Part shown: positions 1-16,371 of the stretch, piece by piece
Layout of the letters: each line of letters starts with the position of its first letter
Position numbering within the stretch: the stretch's first letter is position 1
Source of the DNA: Eledone cirrhosa
Taxonomy: Eukaryota
Direction: 5' to 3'
Length of the DNA: 64,000 nucleotides
Assembly: GCA_964016885.1 (NCBI GenBank)
Contig: OZ024743.1
Coordinates: 309,132,001-309,196,000 of the forward strand
Made by a program: the position numbers and the translations under genes
Notes under the pieces: generated by a model
What the model was told of the DNA's origin: nothing
What the model saw: the letters and a program-made list of their open reading frames with translations, nothing else
Database searches by the model: none

Positions 1-422
1 ACACACACACACACACACACACACACATGTGTGTATATACAAGCATACACATACACACACACATATATATATATACACACACATATACATACATTCACAC
101 AAACATACAACGTACATACATACACATACATGAATACACTCCACTACATATTAACACACGCAAATAAATATATGAAAAAAATATATAAATATATATATTA
201 ACAACATTTTTGACAGCGATACATGCCCCAGCTAACAGGACAGACACGCGTGGTAAGTAATACACACATAAGCACATATACATACGTTCGAAATAGTAAA
301 CACATACACACACTCTCACACATAAATATACATATACAAATACATAAACACGTACATACACATACATACACGAACACGTACACGTATACAATATAAACAC
401 ACACATGTATATGTAATTATAT

Positions 423-475
<53 letters not shown>

Positions 476-941
476 CATACATATATATATATATATACAT
501 ACGAAAATATAAAAATATAAACGCACACACACATATAAATACGTAAACACACATATACATACATAGCTAAACAATTATACACATGCAAATACGTATATAT
601 CAAAAGAACGCACAACCAAATACAAACACACACATATATACACACACACACACACCCAAACCAACGCATACATAAAAATAAATAAATACACACGCACACA
701 TATACATACATACACATACATACACATATATACATATATACATATACATATATATATATACACATATATATATAAATATACATATATATACACACATACA
801 CGTACACATACACACATGCATACACATACACACACACATATACATGTGTGTATGTGTAAAGCTCAGTATTAGATAAGACAAATGAACCTTACGTAAACGT
901 ATATATAATAGTAAAGTAATAAAGCCATACAAGGCAATTAA

Positions 942-999
942 TCCATTCACCAGAGGTTTCTTAAAAGCAAAAAATGTTTCCTTCAATCTTCAGAAAGAA
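942..999 (-). ncRNA. Type I hammerhead ribozyme, probably inactive (GUG at the cleavage triplet)
   Basis: Minus strand CTGAAGA-stem II-GAAAC CTCTG GTG AATGGA. Confidence 0.6.
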
Positions 1000-3360
1000 A
1001 AAAAGGTCTGGTTTATCCACATATGCATACATATACACACACAAATATACAAATATATACACACATACAGACACGCACACACACATATATATATACATAT
1101 ACATATACATATATATACAGACATATATACATATATATATATATACATATACATACATATACATACATACATACACATATATATACATACACAAACATAT
1201 ACGTACACATATACATATATACACACAAAAATACATACACATACACATAGGTATGTGAAGGGCAAAACAAAAAGAATATATGGGGGGGGGGGGGGGGGCT
1301 AAGAGGAGGTAAAAATATAAGGGGAGGTAAGGGAGAAAAAAAATTTTAAATATACAAGAGTACAGAAGGTAGAAGCAGCAAAATAAAAACCGTAGCAAAA
1401 GTAAAGAGCAGAGAAGGAGTTCAAGGCGGTTGATTTATCGTAGGAGTGTCAATCCAGTTACAGATCAGATGCGATTTCAGATGAGGACAGCATCTGAAGA
1501 TCTCAGTCTTAGAGTTAAGGCAAGCGGAAGTGGCTCTCAAGTTTAGCAAAATCCTATACTTTTCTGTGGTACACAAAGAACAATTCTTTGTGCCCCTTTG
1601 GTACTCCCTCGAATGGTCTAATATAGACCAATCAATAGAGTACGGGATATTACTATCCTTGAGATCCCATACCTTACTTGCGAGGGCCCTTGATGTTCGT
1701 TTATCTGAGTGTTTAAAAGAAGCGACATGTGAGTAAAATCTGGTTTTAAACCTGTCCTGGGTCATACCGACATATCGCTCGCTTCTGGCTGGCTGGTTGT
1801 TGATAACTGGCGTTATTTTAGCCTCATAAACGACAGATTTTGTGTTACATTTACCCTGCAATGGGCATTCATCCGGCTTCCTGCAACTGCATCCTGGATT
1901 TATCCTCGTACGGTTTGAACTGGTGATTTTGGACTTCATGGATGGGCAACAAGAGTAGCTGATCTTAACTACATTCCTATTAAAAATCTTATAATATCTA
2001 TGAATAGGAGGGAAATGTTTGTCTAATAGTTCAAGGAATTTCCTTCCTACATTAGTTTTGACATTTAGAGAGAAGGGGGGTGTGAACCAAATAATCTTCC
2101 TTTTCCTGTTATTATGGTTAGTTTTAGGGGGGGGGGGGGAGTAGGTAAATAAGAAATATTTTCTGTAAAACCGCTGTTCTTAAGGGCTTTATTATAATAA
2201 GGGGCGGCTTTATTAAAAATGTCTATAGACGAAGATAAGGTAGAAATCCTACGGCTAATGTTAGGAATAAGATTATTAAAAACTATAGGGGGATGGCAAG
2301 ACTCTTTGTGTATATACCTAAGATTTTCATTAGGTTTATGATAGGGTTTAAAAGAGGCAGTAAGTAGATCAAGATTAATATCAAGAAAGTTAGCATTAGT
2401 AAGGTTCGTATCTATAGTAATTTTAAGGTTAAGATTAGCAAAAGTACTAATTAAATCTTTACGGAATTTATCAAGATTATGGCCATTAGTGGTATGAGAA
2501 ACTGCTAATCCGTCATCACGGTATAAACCGATATTATGGGACGGAAATTTCTCTTTGAGTGTGTGGAGAAGGAATAATCCTACTAAGTCGCACACATCCG
2601 CACTGTCATAAGAACCCATTGCAACATCGAAAGAGTTTTCAGGGTTTGACTTTTTAACCCAAATATTATCATTAGTAAAAAGTAAAGTTTTTCTAGCATG
2701 AAAGATAATGTCCTCTTCTAATTTGGAGATATTAATGAAGGGTCTTGCAAAATCTAAGGCTTTAGTTAATAAGGAAACAGTAATAGAAGGGTAAAAATCG
2801 ACAATATCAAACTGGGTAAATCTACACTTATTTTTACCTTGTATATTATTGAACCAAGAAATAACAGAGGAAGTATTTAGCCACTGTGAAAGGACAGTGT
2901 TAGTTCTAATTTGGAGAATTATTTTTCTTAAGATTTTCTTACTAGCAAGGCCAACCTCGGATTTAGCCGGGTTAATCAGTCTACAACTAGGTCGATTAGT
3001 AAAGTCCAATTTATGGTCTTTAAGGGTAATATATGCTTTACGCTTAGCTAAGCTTTCAATCCGGTTATCTATTTGTAAAGAACTAGCTAGTTCTTTAGCT
3101 TCTTTATTGATAGTATTGTAGCTATTAATATTAGTTAATTGATATTTATTGGTAATACTATTAGTTAAAAGTTGGTTATACAAATTACTATTAACTTCAA
3201 AGAGGTTTTTGGTTTTATCAGAAAGAACGAAAGTGTTTGTGGAATTTCTAAAATTAGAGATATCGTGAGAAAGTTTAGTTTGAAAATTATTATTGTACTT
3301 ACGAAATTTGATATCACTAATTAGATTAACGAGGTCTAATTCGAAGTTGGCCATGTCTTA

Positions 3361-3415
<55 letters not shown>

Positions 3416-3477
3416 ATGACTATATGTATGTGTATATGTGTGTATATATGTGTATATGTGTGTGTAGGTGTACGCTC

Positions 3478-3544
<67 letters not shown>

Positions 3545-3744
3545 ATATGTATATGTGTATGCGTGCATTTATATATATGTGTATATATGTATGTGTGTGT
3601 TAGTATGCTTTTGTGTTTTTTTGTGTGTGTTTGCATGTGTAGTTTTATTTTATTTTTCCTTTCCTTCTCCCTTTTCCAGCCTCACTTTCATATAGATTGC
3701 ATTTTTGTTTTTAGAATCCATATTCAATAAACAAACCAGGATTT

Positions 3745-3802
3745 TTCATTCTGAGGATTGAAAGCAAAACCTCTTGCTTTTAAGAAACCACTGGTAAATG
3801 GA
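3745..3802 (+). ncRNA. Type I hammerhead ribozyme
   Basis: ttcatt CTGAGGA ttgaaagcaa-aacctc-ttgcttttaa GAAAC CACTG GTA aatgga. Confidence 0.85.
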
Positions 3803-3859
3803 ATAATTGCCTTATGTTGTTTATTACATAATAATAATAATTATATATATATATATATA

Positions 3860-4353
3860 AATAAGCGAAATGCAATTTCCGATTTGTGTTGGCAAGCGCT
3901 CCATGGAGCAAAAGAGACCAGAGCAATAATCATATGTTATGAACGCCATACAAACTGAGACGGCGGTTAAGAAGCTATCAACCACCTAAGCCCCCCAAAA
4001 CGAAGCAAGCTAAATGGGTCAAACAAAATAAATGAATGAAATATTTACCCGGACCCCTGGAATTGATGGTATAATCCAGTACAGGGTCTCTGCGACACCT
4101 AAATCAATAATACTATCTGCTTAAAAAAAATAAGCCTTTGGTATAATGATCGAATACGGATATCACTTTCTCAACAGGTATTTTGTTCTGCGCTAGCGTT
4201 TTGAACCTCACAGTGTTTTAAAAGCACATGTGTAACTCTACAGGGGAGAAAACCCCAAATTTTGGCAAATGATTTCAGTATGTGTAATCGATGCAAAAAT
4301 TGCAAGAACAGCACAAATCGAATTAAGCTCTCGACCGGGTAGTTTTTAAAATA

Positions 4354-4360
<7 letters not shown>
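3860..4360 (-). mobile_element. Non-coding repeat homologous to 58368-59072, with hammerhead-like junction at 4056-4178
   Basis: Shared blocks (tttacccg.acccctgg, ctgcgac.cctaaatcaa, gcgcttgcca); flanked by (TA)n. Confidence 0.6.
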
Positions 4361-4424
<64 letters not shown>

Positions 4425-4816
4425 CACTCACTCACACCCATACATATATATATAATATATATACATACATATATACATATATATATGTGTGTGTGTCTGT
4501 GTGTATAGTGCGTTATACATTTATGTTTTTTTTAATCTATTTTCCCATTCCCTTCCATGTGAACTACTTCCACGAGTATTAAATAAAGCATCTGAGCCCT
4601 TGTTTTCGAGGTTAGACGACAAAATGAATATGCTATTTCGAAGCTAATTGTACGGAGTTACATACCTGGTGCCAATCGGTTCGAACATTTATAAATTTGC
4701 CCTCTGAAACGATTGCAAATCAACTGCACATTAACTTATTCCTTAATTTTTTTAACATTATACATACACACACATGCACACATATTCAAAAGATACATAT
4801 AAGTCCATATACACAA

Positions 4817-4862
<46 letters not shown>

Positions 4863-4916
4863 TTGAGAAAAAGTTTTAAAATAAATTTCAAAAAGTTCAC
4901 TGTACTTACTATATGT

Positions 4917-4997
4917 GCCTTTACCACGGTTTCCGATCCCAAAATAAACAGATAATCCAAGCAGATTTTCATTGAGAAAGAGATGATCATCAGAGGC
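4917..4997 (-). ncRNA. Type I hammerhead with enlarged stem II (pLTR-like element ~4860-5460, partial tandem)
   Basis: gcct CTGATGA ...long insert... GAAAC CGTG GTA AAGGC; homologous to 57471-57556. Confidence 0.7.
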
Positions 4998-5455
4998 TTT
5001 TCTCACTCGGAGAATATAAAATTCTCGAGTTCAAATCACAAACTGGCGTCATACAAAACTGTTCCCGAATGAGAGTGAATGGGAGAAGAAACAATTTTGT
5101 CTAGTGCCGTGTGTAAAGACAGAAAGCAAGGCGGACAGGTCAATGTCCTGCTACTAAAAATAGCAAACCGTTCAAACGACCAAAAGTTTTCTCAACCTTA
5201 GGGGTGAATAATAATAAAAGTATGTGTTCCTACATGTAAAAAATACATATAGGGATACAAATATTGTCCAACCGTATGCCAGTGTGGTTCTATGGCAGGT
5301 TAATAAATTAACAAGCCAGAACATATAAAATCAAGGTCTAGCAAATAGAAAAAAAGTTTTAATATAAATTTCAAAAAGTTCACTGTACTTACTATATGTG
5401 CCTTTACCGCGGTTTCCGATCCCAAAATAAACAGATAATCCAAGCGGATTTCCAT

Positions 5456-5583
<128 letters not shown>

Positions 5584-6079
5584 CACAGTTGAATATTTTT
5601 CAGATATATATACATATTTATTTCAAGTTTTCTTGCAATTTCCTTACGAACATCCATTGGTTAAATTTTTTTATCCTTTGATAAGTTACATTTACAACTT
5701 TCAGCTTAATTCTACTTCAATTTAATATCCTCCAATTCTTAACTTTGATACAACGTGTTAAGAATTGGAGAATATTTGCATATGAGGAAGATGGATGCTA
5801 AAAGCACCAGTTGTGGTGCTTCTACTTTTATCTACAACCACCAAAAAATTAGAAACTCTACGATAAGAAATTTAAATACAACCGAACTGTATACCTATAA
5901 ATTTATGCACACTATTTTCAACTTACAATTTGGTAAGCCGTTAAACTTAGTTTTTGACACTTCTTGTTTTGACCCCATAAACCTGTGCCTTTTACTATAC
6001 AAATTATTAAACATGGGCAAATCTTTCTTTGGGTAAAAATATTCTAATTTGGTTTAAAAGTATTCAAAAAATTATCTTT

Positions 6080-6540
6080 AATTCGTTATTCACGTCAATC
6101 ATTACTTATTGTCATGAATCTTGGACAATGACCGAAAGAATGCGATCGAGAATACAAGCGACCGAAATCGGGGTCCTCCGAATGGTCTTTAGAGTAACGT
6201 TACTCGTTAGAGTGCATAGCTCGGAGATCAGAGAGTCGCTGAAGTACGGCCGCTACTTCTCCGAATTGAGAGATCACAGCTCCAGTATTACGGAAATGTG
6301 GCTCGAATGCCACAGGAAAATATCGTTGGACATATTTTACGGGCAAAACCAACCGACAAGTGACCCAAGGACAGATCCTGTGCAAGATGATTGGATAACA
6401 TCCCTTAGCTTGGCTGGTCTAGCTTCGGGTCCAGCTGGATCATCTGGAAACAGTTGCTTCTGACAGGACTTGCTGGCGCGAGTGTTAGAGGATTCTGCCC
6501 AAACGACACTCTCAAGTATAAGTGGGCGAAGAAGAAGATC
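6080..6540 (+). mobile_element. RTE-clade LINE 3' fragment
   Basis: Translation ITYCHESWTMTERMRSRIQATEI resembles the RTE RT C-terminus; ends near gaagaagaag. Confidence 0.7.
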
Positions 6541-7406
6541 TTTGTCTTTATGTCAGTCATCATGATCTCAATTATTTTAACTTTCACTTATAATTAGTGA
6601 TGGTTTCTCTGGAATCTTTAAATATAAGTTTTACATATAATTCTGCTTTGAATATCAGTCTTTAACGCAGAAGTATATATTCACAATTACTTGTCACCTC
6701 AAGTGGGCTTTGACTTGCGGTAGAAAACACCGCCCCGATATTTGTTGGTAGAGATGTGGCTCGGGGACCAAGAACGCCGGAAACCTCCACTGCCACAGGC
6801 TCAGCCACAAACCTACCAGAGAGTGGTCGATAGTATTCAAATTCCATTACAAGTTATAACACGATATAATCCTCTCCATCACTTTGGATATTTCTACAAC
6901 GCTGCTATGATTCAGAGATATTTAGTGATTTGTTCATGAATAGCAGGATATTATTATATATTTAGGTTACTTATAGAACAGTGTATAAAACTATAATTCT
7001 GTAACGTTCAGTAATGCTCTGCTCTAGGATCTTCTCCCTAGAAAGCTGCCTAATTTGCCTAAAGCTAGATCCGATTCCTGTCTACAATACATGATCGACT
7101 GTTTCATTGCTTGATTTCTAATCTAATTTACTCTGAAAATCAAGGAAGGAGATTTGTTCAAATATACATTTATGACACTCCATATCAACTGGATCTGAGA
7201 ATAAAAATACTCAACCACAGGCATGGTTATGTGGTTAAGGAGCTTGCTTCATAACCATGTGGTTTCTGATTCATCCTTCTTCGGCTCACCTTAGGCTCGT
7301 ATCTTCTACTAGAGTCTCAAGTTGACCAACGATTTGTGACGAAAATTTGTTATACAGAAACTGTAGAAGCGTATCGTACACCCCCCCCCCCACATATATA
7401 TATATA

Positions 7407-7470
<64 letters not shown>

Positions 7471-7759
7471 CGCGTGTATGTGTGCGCGTGTTTGTGTGTG
7501 TATACATATGTGTGTCAATCTATTCGTGTGTGCGTCTGTGTTTATATCCCGAAATTTTGCGATTCAATAAACAGAGATCGAAGAGTGAAGTATTTAGCTT
7601 GAAACAATAAATACTGGGGTTGATAAGATCGACTCAGTGACTTTAAGACGGTGCCCCAGTATGACCGCAGTCTCACGGCTGTCACATTCGAGAGAAATAG
7701 AACTAATCAATGGAGCTGCAGGTTAATTAGTTTACAACTTTATTTGAATATAATAATTG

Positions 7760-7935
7760 TTTCTACTTTTGGCACAAGGCCAGCAAATACCCAGTGTATT
7801 ACTGGTACTTTATTTTATCGACCCCGTAAGGATGAAAGGCAAAGTTAACTTCGGCGGGATTTGAACTCATAATGGCAAGGGCCGTAACTCTATGCGTCAA
7901 AGCATGGCGTCCGACCCTCTACCGATACTGCCAAA
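7760..7935 (-). mobile_element. tRNA-related SINE (Octopus-type)
   Basis: ttatcgacccc..ggatgaaaggcaaagttaacttcggcgggatttgaactc; same family at 8245-8400, 17690-17800, 24320-24460, 25555-25670, 61165-61550. Confidence 0.75.
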
Positions 7936-8244
7936 ATAATAATGAATATTATTGTGTACAGTGTTCAGATGCACTACAACTCATCAAAGGTACATGTATA
8001 GTACATAGAATAATGTACAAATGTCTGGAAAGTGAACAGTCATGATACACACGCAGATACATGCGTGTGTGTGAATGGAGAGGGGAATATCAGGTGTAGT
8101 GTTCGCGAATTTCGGGAAGCATGGAAGTTTGGAAGGATCAGTGTCCCGACAGATAACAACTGATGCAGGGTGTTTGTTCCATGCCTCGGCAACTCTGAGC
8201 GTGAAAAGATCTTTTACTTTAGCTCACCCTTTACTTACTAGTTG

Positions 8245-8400
8245 ATGGCGGCGAATTAGCAGAGTTGTGAGAACGTCGGTTAGAGTGTTTTGTAGTATTT
8301 GTTCTGGCTCTCAATTTCTGAGTTCAAATCCCACTGTGGTTATTTTGGCTTTTCATTTTTTTTAAGGTCGATAAAAAGTACCAATCTAGTACTGGGGTCG
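8245..8400 (+). mobile_element. tRNA-related SINE (same family)
   Basis: ggcggcgaattagcagag...gagttcaaatccc (B-box)...ggtcgataaaaagtacca. Confidence 0.7.
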
Positions 8401-8880
8401 ATTCTTCCTATCTCTCTTACCCCTTCTCTCTATTTCTCCCTCTGTCTGTCTGTCTCTTTATCTCACTCTCTCTCTATCCTTCTCTGGAAGAAATCTTCTA
8501 TGCTCAGATCTGGAGAGGGCTCCACCAAGTTTTAAAAAATTACTTAAGAAACGCCGTATGCCACCACGGCACCCTTAAGACACTACCAAATATTACGGGT
8601 GAATACGTCCATACTTCATTGGAAATATATCATTTTTGTTGAAAGTTTATTTACTGAAGACAAAGTTGCCTCGCGTTCTATCCTCCTCCATTCTCAACAC
8701 GGGTCGGATACCAGCCTGTAGTTTCGAGGTACAGAAATGGTGAAGTCCACAACCCTAGAGAGATGAGATGTATATTCCAGGTACAGTCAGTGGGAGCTAG
8801 CTGCGACTGGGACTAAATAACTTTAGATAAAATAACTTTGATTCTTGTATCTCTTTGGAATTCGCATCATCCAAATCGCG

Positions 8881-8942
8881 AATGTCCTGACGATGCTTTA
8901 GTATTATGTGCTAATGTTGAAGTTGAAACGTGTGTAGACATT
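8881..8942 (+). ncRNA. Type I hammerhead ribozyme
   Basis: aatgtc CTGACGA t gctttagtatta-tgtgc-taatgttgaagt t GAAAC GTGT GTA gacatt. Confidence 0.85.
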
Positions 8943-8996
8943 AATAGAATGATTTGAAGTACCTCTTTGGTTGTCAATTGATATATATATATATAT

Positions 8997-9112
8997 ATAG
9001 GAACCAGTAAGACCCCGACGGCTGAGCTCAAGCCGTTTCAACGGCTAATTCTGGACTGAATTAGCCGTTGAAACGGCTTGAGCTCAGCCGTCGGGGTCTT
9101 ACTGGTTCCTAT
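8997..9112. repeat. Perfect ~55-bp-arm palindrome made of duplicated hammerhead 3' halves
   Basis: ataggaaccagtaagaccccgacggctgagctcaagccgtttcaacggctaattc-tggact-reverse complement. Confidence 0.9.
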
Positions 9113-9190
9113 TACCCACTCTACTACCTTAAATATTGAGAGTACTTTGGTGCGTTATGGTCCACCTGGTTCCTTGCCACATTTCCTTCG

Positions 9191-9250
<60 letters not shown>

Positions 9251-9327
9251 GTTTCTGTATATATATATAGTAATAATAAACGTGAAGACTAAAATATAAA
9301 GAGGGCTCGATAAGGATTATATATATA

Positions 9328-10130
9328 TACTAACAGTGCTACCCGGCGTTGCACGGGATAACGTATTTTCGAACACGGGCCGCCAACAGACCCAATCGTG
9401 GAAAAACTGCATGCCTCGACGATATGTAAAGAAAATAAACCGAATACTCTGATGGCTGGATAATCTTTAAGATTTTCCTCGATGAAGCAGGAAAACGCAG
9501 GTTTTCACCTAATGCGGGCTCCACTAAAAGTTGGATTTTCTTTGCTCACTGTATGAAGAAGACCAATACATAGTTACCGGCTTTCATTTTAGTGTTGTGT
9601 GAAATATATAACCGCCTTAGCTAAGCCACGGCTGGCAAAGAAGTAATGGTCTGGTGGTACGTAAGTAAGCAACTCTGTGGCTTAAAACGCCAGGAAGAAG
9701 TTGTGTGCACTTACCAATTGTTTGGGGAATGAGTGTGAGATTTGTCTTGATCAAGGGTGGCAGAATAACCGGAGACAACAGACAGCCAGTCATACAGACA
9801 GATATTATAAGGGCGCGTTCTGGATGGAGAGGGAATTGTGGGAAGTGACGTAATGCAGACAGTCAGACATACAGACAGATATTATAAGGGCGTGACGTTA
9901 TATGTATGTATCTATCTAAAAAGAGAAAGACTAAGAATTATAGACAGAGATCGCTAAATCGCATAATGCGGTCCTTAGAGCATTGAACATTTGAAATTTG
10001 TTTTGCTCAGAATACTCCCTGAAACGTTACATGTGTAAAGTTTGAAAAAAGTCAGTTGGGTACTTCTCTAGTTTTGGGGATTCAAACTCACACACACACA
10101 CAGACATACATCCTCAGTTTTATATATATA
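9328..10130 (-). mobile_element. Non-autonomous Helitron
   Basis: Minus strand starts TATATATAAAACTGAGGATGTATGTCTGTG and ends with hairpin cccg-tgcaacgc-cggg then GTTAG|T; 5'-end fragments also at ~25960-26110 and ~55880-56030. Confidence 0.7.
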
Positions 10131-10139
10131 TATTATATT

Positions 10140-12235
<2,096 letters not shown>

Positions 12236-13175
12236 ACTATACTAACACCCACTAACACCCCCTTCATCAAACTACACACACACCAGTACACCACACTCCC
12301 TCCATCGACCCCCACACCCTTCTCTCCCCGCTCCACCCACACCCTTTCTCCAACACTCACTCATCCCACTAACACCTCTACTAATACCCCCCTCACTCCA
12401 ACTTTCACACCTACCCATCCTCGCCCCTTTACCATTCCACCCTACTGCTGCTATGCCCTCTGACCACCTCCCAGCACACACAGACACACAGCACTCCTAC
12501 TGCCTTGACCACTTCCTGTTGCACGCGCACCCCACATCTCCCCTCTTCCGACCCTCTCTTCATGGATTACTCGTATGTGGATTTTGACCGCGGAATCAAC
12601 TACCATCCTAGGAGTTTACCAACCATTCAACCACATCTTCTTACGGAATCACCTTTATAACTCACCCACACACACACCCCAAAACAATTTTTTTTCCAAC
12701 ACGCCACCTACACCCACAACACGCTTAAACCCCACACACACGTTCTTTCCACCACATATTTACACCTTCAGCCTCCGGATTCCTCTCCCCCCACCCCTCT
12801 ATCCACACACGCACACACACTCCGACCTACACCCCACCCCACACACACCTCTACCTGAACATGCAACCCCGTTCTTCCCCCAACCCTTGCTTTCACATAC
12901 ACACACACACACACACACACGTACACCTACATACACACACCACCTTCAGCCCTCCCCGCTCGGACACCCCGTCTCCCTCTCCCCATTCCACCCGCCACCA
13001 CCCCTACACGCCCCACACCCTTCTACCACCTGTTTTACCCCATTTTAATTTAATTTTATTTTAATCATGCTTTTATTTTTAATTTCATTCGCACCGTTAC
13101 CTCCCACCCCCTTTTCGCTATATGTCTCTCCACCACTCCCCTACACACCCTTTGAACTCTTTTCCCACACTCTTT

Positions 13176-13210
13176 TCACCTGAAGAAGAGCTTATGCCCG
13201 AAACGTCGTT
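13176..13210 (+). ncRNA. Degenerate minimal hammerhead at the end of a C-rich pLTR-like tail (12240-13300)
   Basis: cac CTGAAGA agagcttatgccc GAAAC GTC gt; AATAAA about 35 bp downstream. Confidence 0.5.
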
Positions 13211-13972
13211 CCCCACCACCACCCCACTCTCAAGAACGTGAAATTAATAAACATTCGTTGTACTGCCTCTCTGTTTTGTTCCTGTTCAAATTTTCCATTA
13301 TATATTTATATATATATATATATATAAAACACACCGTATTTATATATATATATATATAAAACACACCGTATATATATATATATATATATAAATGAAAAGT
13401 ATAGAAATTGATGTGAGCATGAAGCTAACAGTATTTCATAAATGTATATATATATATATATATATATATAGTTAAAAGAATAGAGGTGTAACACACAAGT
13501 TATTATATATTGGTAAACGGAATAGAAAATGCTGACAAATTGTTCACAGTTGAAAAATGGTTTAATTAGGAATAAAAGAGTATTAGTGATTGTATGGGTT
13601 AGTATTCAGTTGTGGTTTTAAGTTTTTAAGTTTTTACCGGTTGCGCATTTCTAAATGCTTTTCAAAAATAATTTTGAGATAGAGTGTCCGTGCTGTTTGC
13701 TCTGATCTGATTAGTTTTGGGAATTCTACCTGTTTTTATGTTAAAAAAGTGGCTCCAATTTGCAAAAATTCTTGTGGTCAAAACAATTTTGATTGGTCGG
13801 TAGAGGTCATGTGAATGTAAAAAATTGATTTTGCGCCAAGACTGTTTTTATGTTAAAAAAGTGGCTCCAGCAAAAATTCTTGTGGTCAAAACAATTTTGA
13901 TTGGTCGGTAGAGGTCATGTGAATAAAAAATTGGTTTTGCGCCAAGATTGAGAAATGACTCTTTCACAACAA

Positions 13973-14034
<62 letters not shown>

Positions 14035-14100
14035 TAGTAGTAAGGTGTTCGATGTTGTGATAATGGTTAGCAGCGATGTGTGTCAAATGGCTATTAAGAT

Positions 14101-14135
<35 letters not shown>

Positions 14136-14250
14136 GCAGAGTAATTCATGGTGGCAGGGATGGTCAGTAAGAATGTGTCTGAAAGCAATGGGGGGGGGGG
14201 TATTTTAGCATGTCAAAAGATATTTTTCAGCTTTTGTCTTATACGGAGAA

Positions 14251-14291
<41 letters not shown>

Positions 14292-14481
14292 AGTCTCTTT
14301 GTATGTTGATGTACGCGTGTGTATGTGTGTGTGGGTGGACCAGTATTTTTTTCCCCCTGGTAAAATGGTGTACATTATTCGATTTTTTCAGTAAAATCGG
14401 TTCTCTTAATAGAACATCAAAAATCTTAACAATAAAAGGTGTGAAATGATATTCACTATATATATATACACATACATATAT

Positions 14482-14573
<92 letters not shown>

Positions 14574-14719
14574 TACATATATACATACATATATGCACAT
14601 ATATTTTTTTGTGTTGCACCATAGAGCATGTGTGTTTACGTATGTCATTGTGTTTATATGTGGGTAGAGATGTGTGCTGATGCAGGTATGTATGTTGACG
14701 TGTGTATGTTGTGGGTTCG

Positions 14720-15937
14720 TCTTAGGGAGAAGTGTTTAGACGGGGTCCGTATTTGTTAATGAAGTAAGATTCCTTGCTGATCCGCTGGGTGTGGGTGGCA
14801 TTATCTTTAAATTTGTAGAGGGGAAAGATTCTGAAGTTGGGATGATTTTGGGCGGCACAGGTATCAATGTGTTCACTCAGTGGTATTTTCCTGTATTCCC
14901 GTATTTTGATTTGGGATCTATGGACAGTCAATAATTGAAATGGAATCCAACGTGCCCTAAAACTCAGTACCCAGGACCTTAGACACCCTAAAGTAAATCA
15001 ACCAAAACTAAAAGCTCTTCCATACATCTCCACACACAACCCCTCAACAATGAGGCCTTTGACACCATCCTCCAGAACATCCCTGTATTGAAAAAGGACC
15101 ATAGAATGAACCAAATTCTACGAACACATGATATCATAAAGAGCAAAAGACAATCCAAGTCAATGAAAAACATCTTAACACATGCCAAAGTACTGCCAAC
15201 CACAACAACGAAACCCACAGTAAAAAAATGTGATAGACCCAACTGTGGCATTTGCATCAACCTAATAGAGGGTTCGGAATTTTATTTCAAAGATGGACAA
15301 CGTTTTATAGTAAAACACAATTTCACATGTGCATCGGAAAATCTAATATATGTATTAACTTGTTCAGGTTGTCGAGAACAATACATAGGGGCAAGACCCA
15401 AAACAGCCTCCGCCAACGCATGACCGTCCATAGATCCCAAATCAAAATAGGTGTAAGTGCACTAAATCCCTTTCTATCAATCTCCCCTCTCCTACCGAGC
15501 ACAGGAAGATATATGTATGTATATTGCTTCCACCCCCTCACTGACCAGCAGCTGGCCATCTGGCCATTGCTAAATTTGACCTTTATAAAATAACCCACAC
15601 CCCCAAATAACTTCTCATTCACTACCAGAAGCAGTCAACGAGCTGCTACCAAGATGAAAACTACTATGAAATCCCACAATGAATTTTATACTTGAATTTT
15701 CAAATCTCAAATTTTAACTCTTCTTATTATTAATTTTTCTTAATATTAATCAACATTTGAAAAGATGGCTTTTGCAGACCCATCGAAACCGGTCATTTTT
15801 TATACCCTTTATTATTTCCTTACCTTATAAAATTATATGTTTTTTCACAAAAAAGTATTCTGTCTCTTATATATTCCATGTGCCATTACCAACCACAATT
15901 TTCTCTATAACCTTCGTTTTGTGTAGTAAATTACACT

Positions 15938-15940
<3 letters not shown>
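14720..15940 (+). mobile_element. Rearranged Penelope-like GIY-YIG fragment with inverted piece (14720-14930)
   Basis: CxxC..NLIYVLTCSGCREQYIG in ORF 15088-15423; inverted continuation MTVHRSQI..KESYFI. Confidence 0.8.
15753..15798 (+). ncRNA. Hammerhead with U3:A8 core (UUGAAAA)
   Basis: acat TTGAAAA gatgg-cttttgcagac-ccatc GAAAC CG GTC attt; stem I weak. Confidence 0.6.
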
Positions 15941-15991
<51 letters not shown>

Positions 15992-16254
15992 GTTTATGAA
16001 ACATACAGTTATATACGTACAAAACATGCACACACACACACACACCCCACATACATACATGCATAAAATTGTTCTGACTAAATACATACTTATTAGCATT
16101 TTATCGTGAGAACTATCTGTCCTCCATATATAAAAACCTAATTATTCAATTAAATGATGTAATTGCTTTCCCGATTATTGCTTATTGCCTCGATAAATTA
16201 TTGTCTTAATTCCCGACTCTTCATTATTCACTTAACCATAATTGGCCCAGTAAA

Positions 16255-16264
16255 TATATAAAAA
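16255..16264 (+). promoter_or_regulatory. TATA box of the Cys-rich secreted peptide gene
   Basis: TATATAAAAA about 70 bp upstream of the ATG at 16330, in non-repetitive sequence. Confidence 0.55.
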
Positions 16265-16329
16265 CAGTAGCATGTTCTTTAACGACACATACACCTGATC
16301 AAGCTGCTCCAAGATAAACATTTACCAAG

Positions 16330-16371
16330 ATGCCTTTCTTCACCACCCGAATTATTTGTCTCTTCTCTGTC
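16330..16371 (+). CDS. Exon 1 of secreted Cys-rich pre-pro-peptide (MPFFTTRIICLFSV, first part of signal peptide)
   Basis: ATG, hydrophobic codons, donor GTC|gtaagt, phase 0 matches the next exon. Confidence 0.75.

Larger units (their letters stand above)
900..3840 (-). mobile_element. Penelope-like element (5'-truncated, frameshifted) with 3' pLTR and inverted upstream pLTR
   Basis: RT ORF 2065-3354 (FDIVDFYPS, MGS, YRDD) and GIY-YIG ORF 1421-1939 (VVYE..YVGMT, CxLC); flanks 900-1270 (-) and 3360-3840 (+) are related inverted arms each carrying an HHR. Confidence 0.9.

Noticed and set aside
1-1400. Many overlapping ORFs rich in YI/CV/HT (also at 3.3, 14, 33, 44, 57 and 59 kb)
   Set aside because: Translations of (TA)n/(TG)n microsatellites that lack stop codons
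8595-8705. Possible antisense UUGAGAA hammerhead-like fold
   Set aside because: Only a 3-bp stem I and GAAG instead of GAAA; could easily be chance
12575-13048. 157-aa Pro/His/Thr-rich ORF
   Set aside because: Low-complexity C/A-rich pLTR tail with no splice or domain evidence
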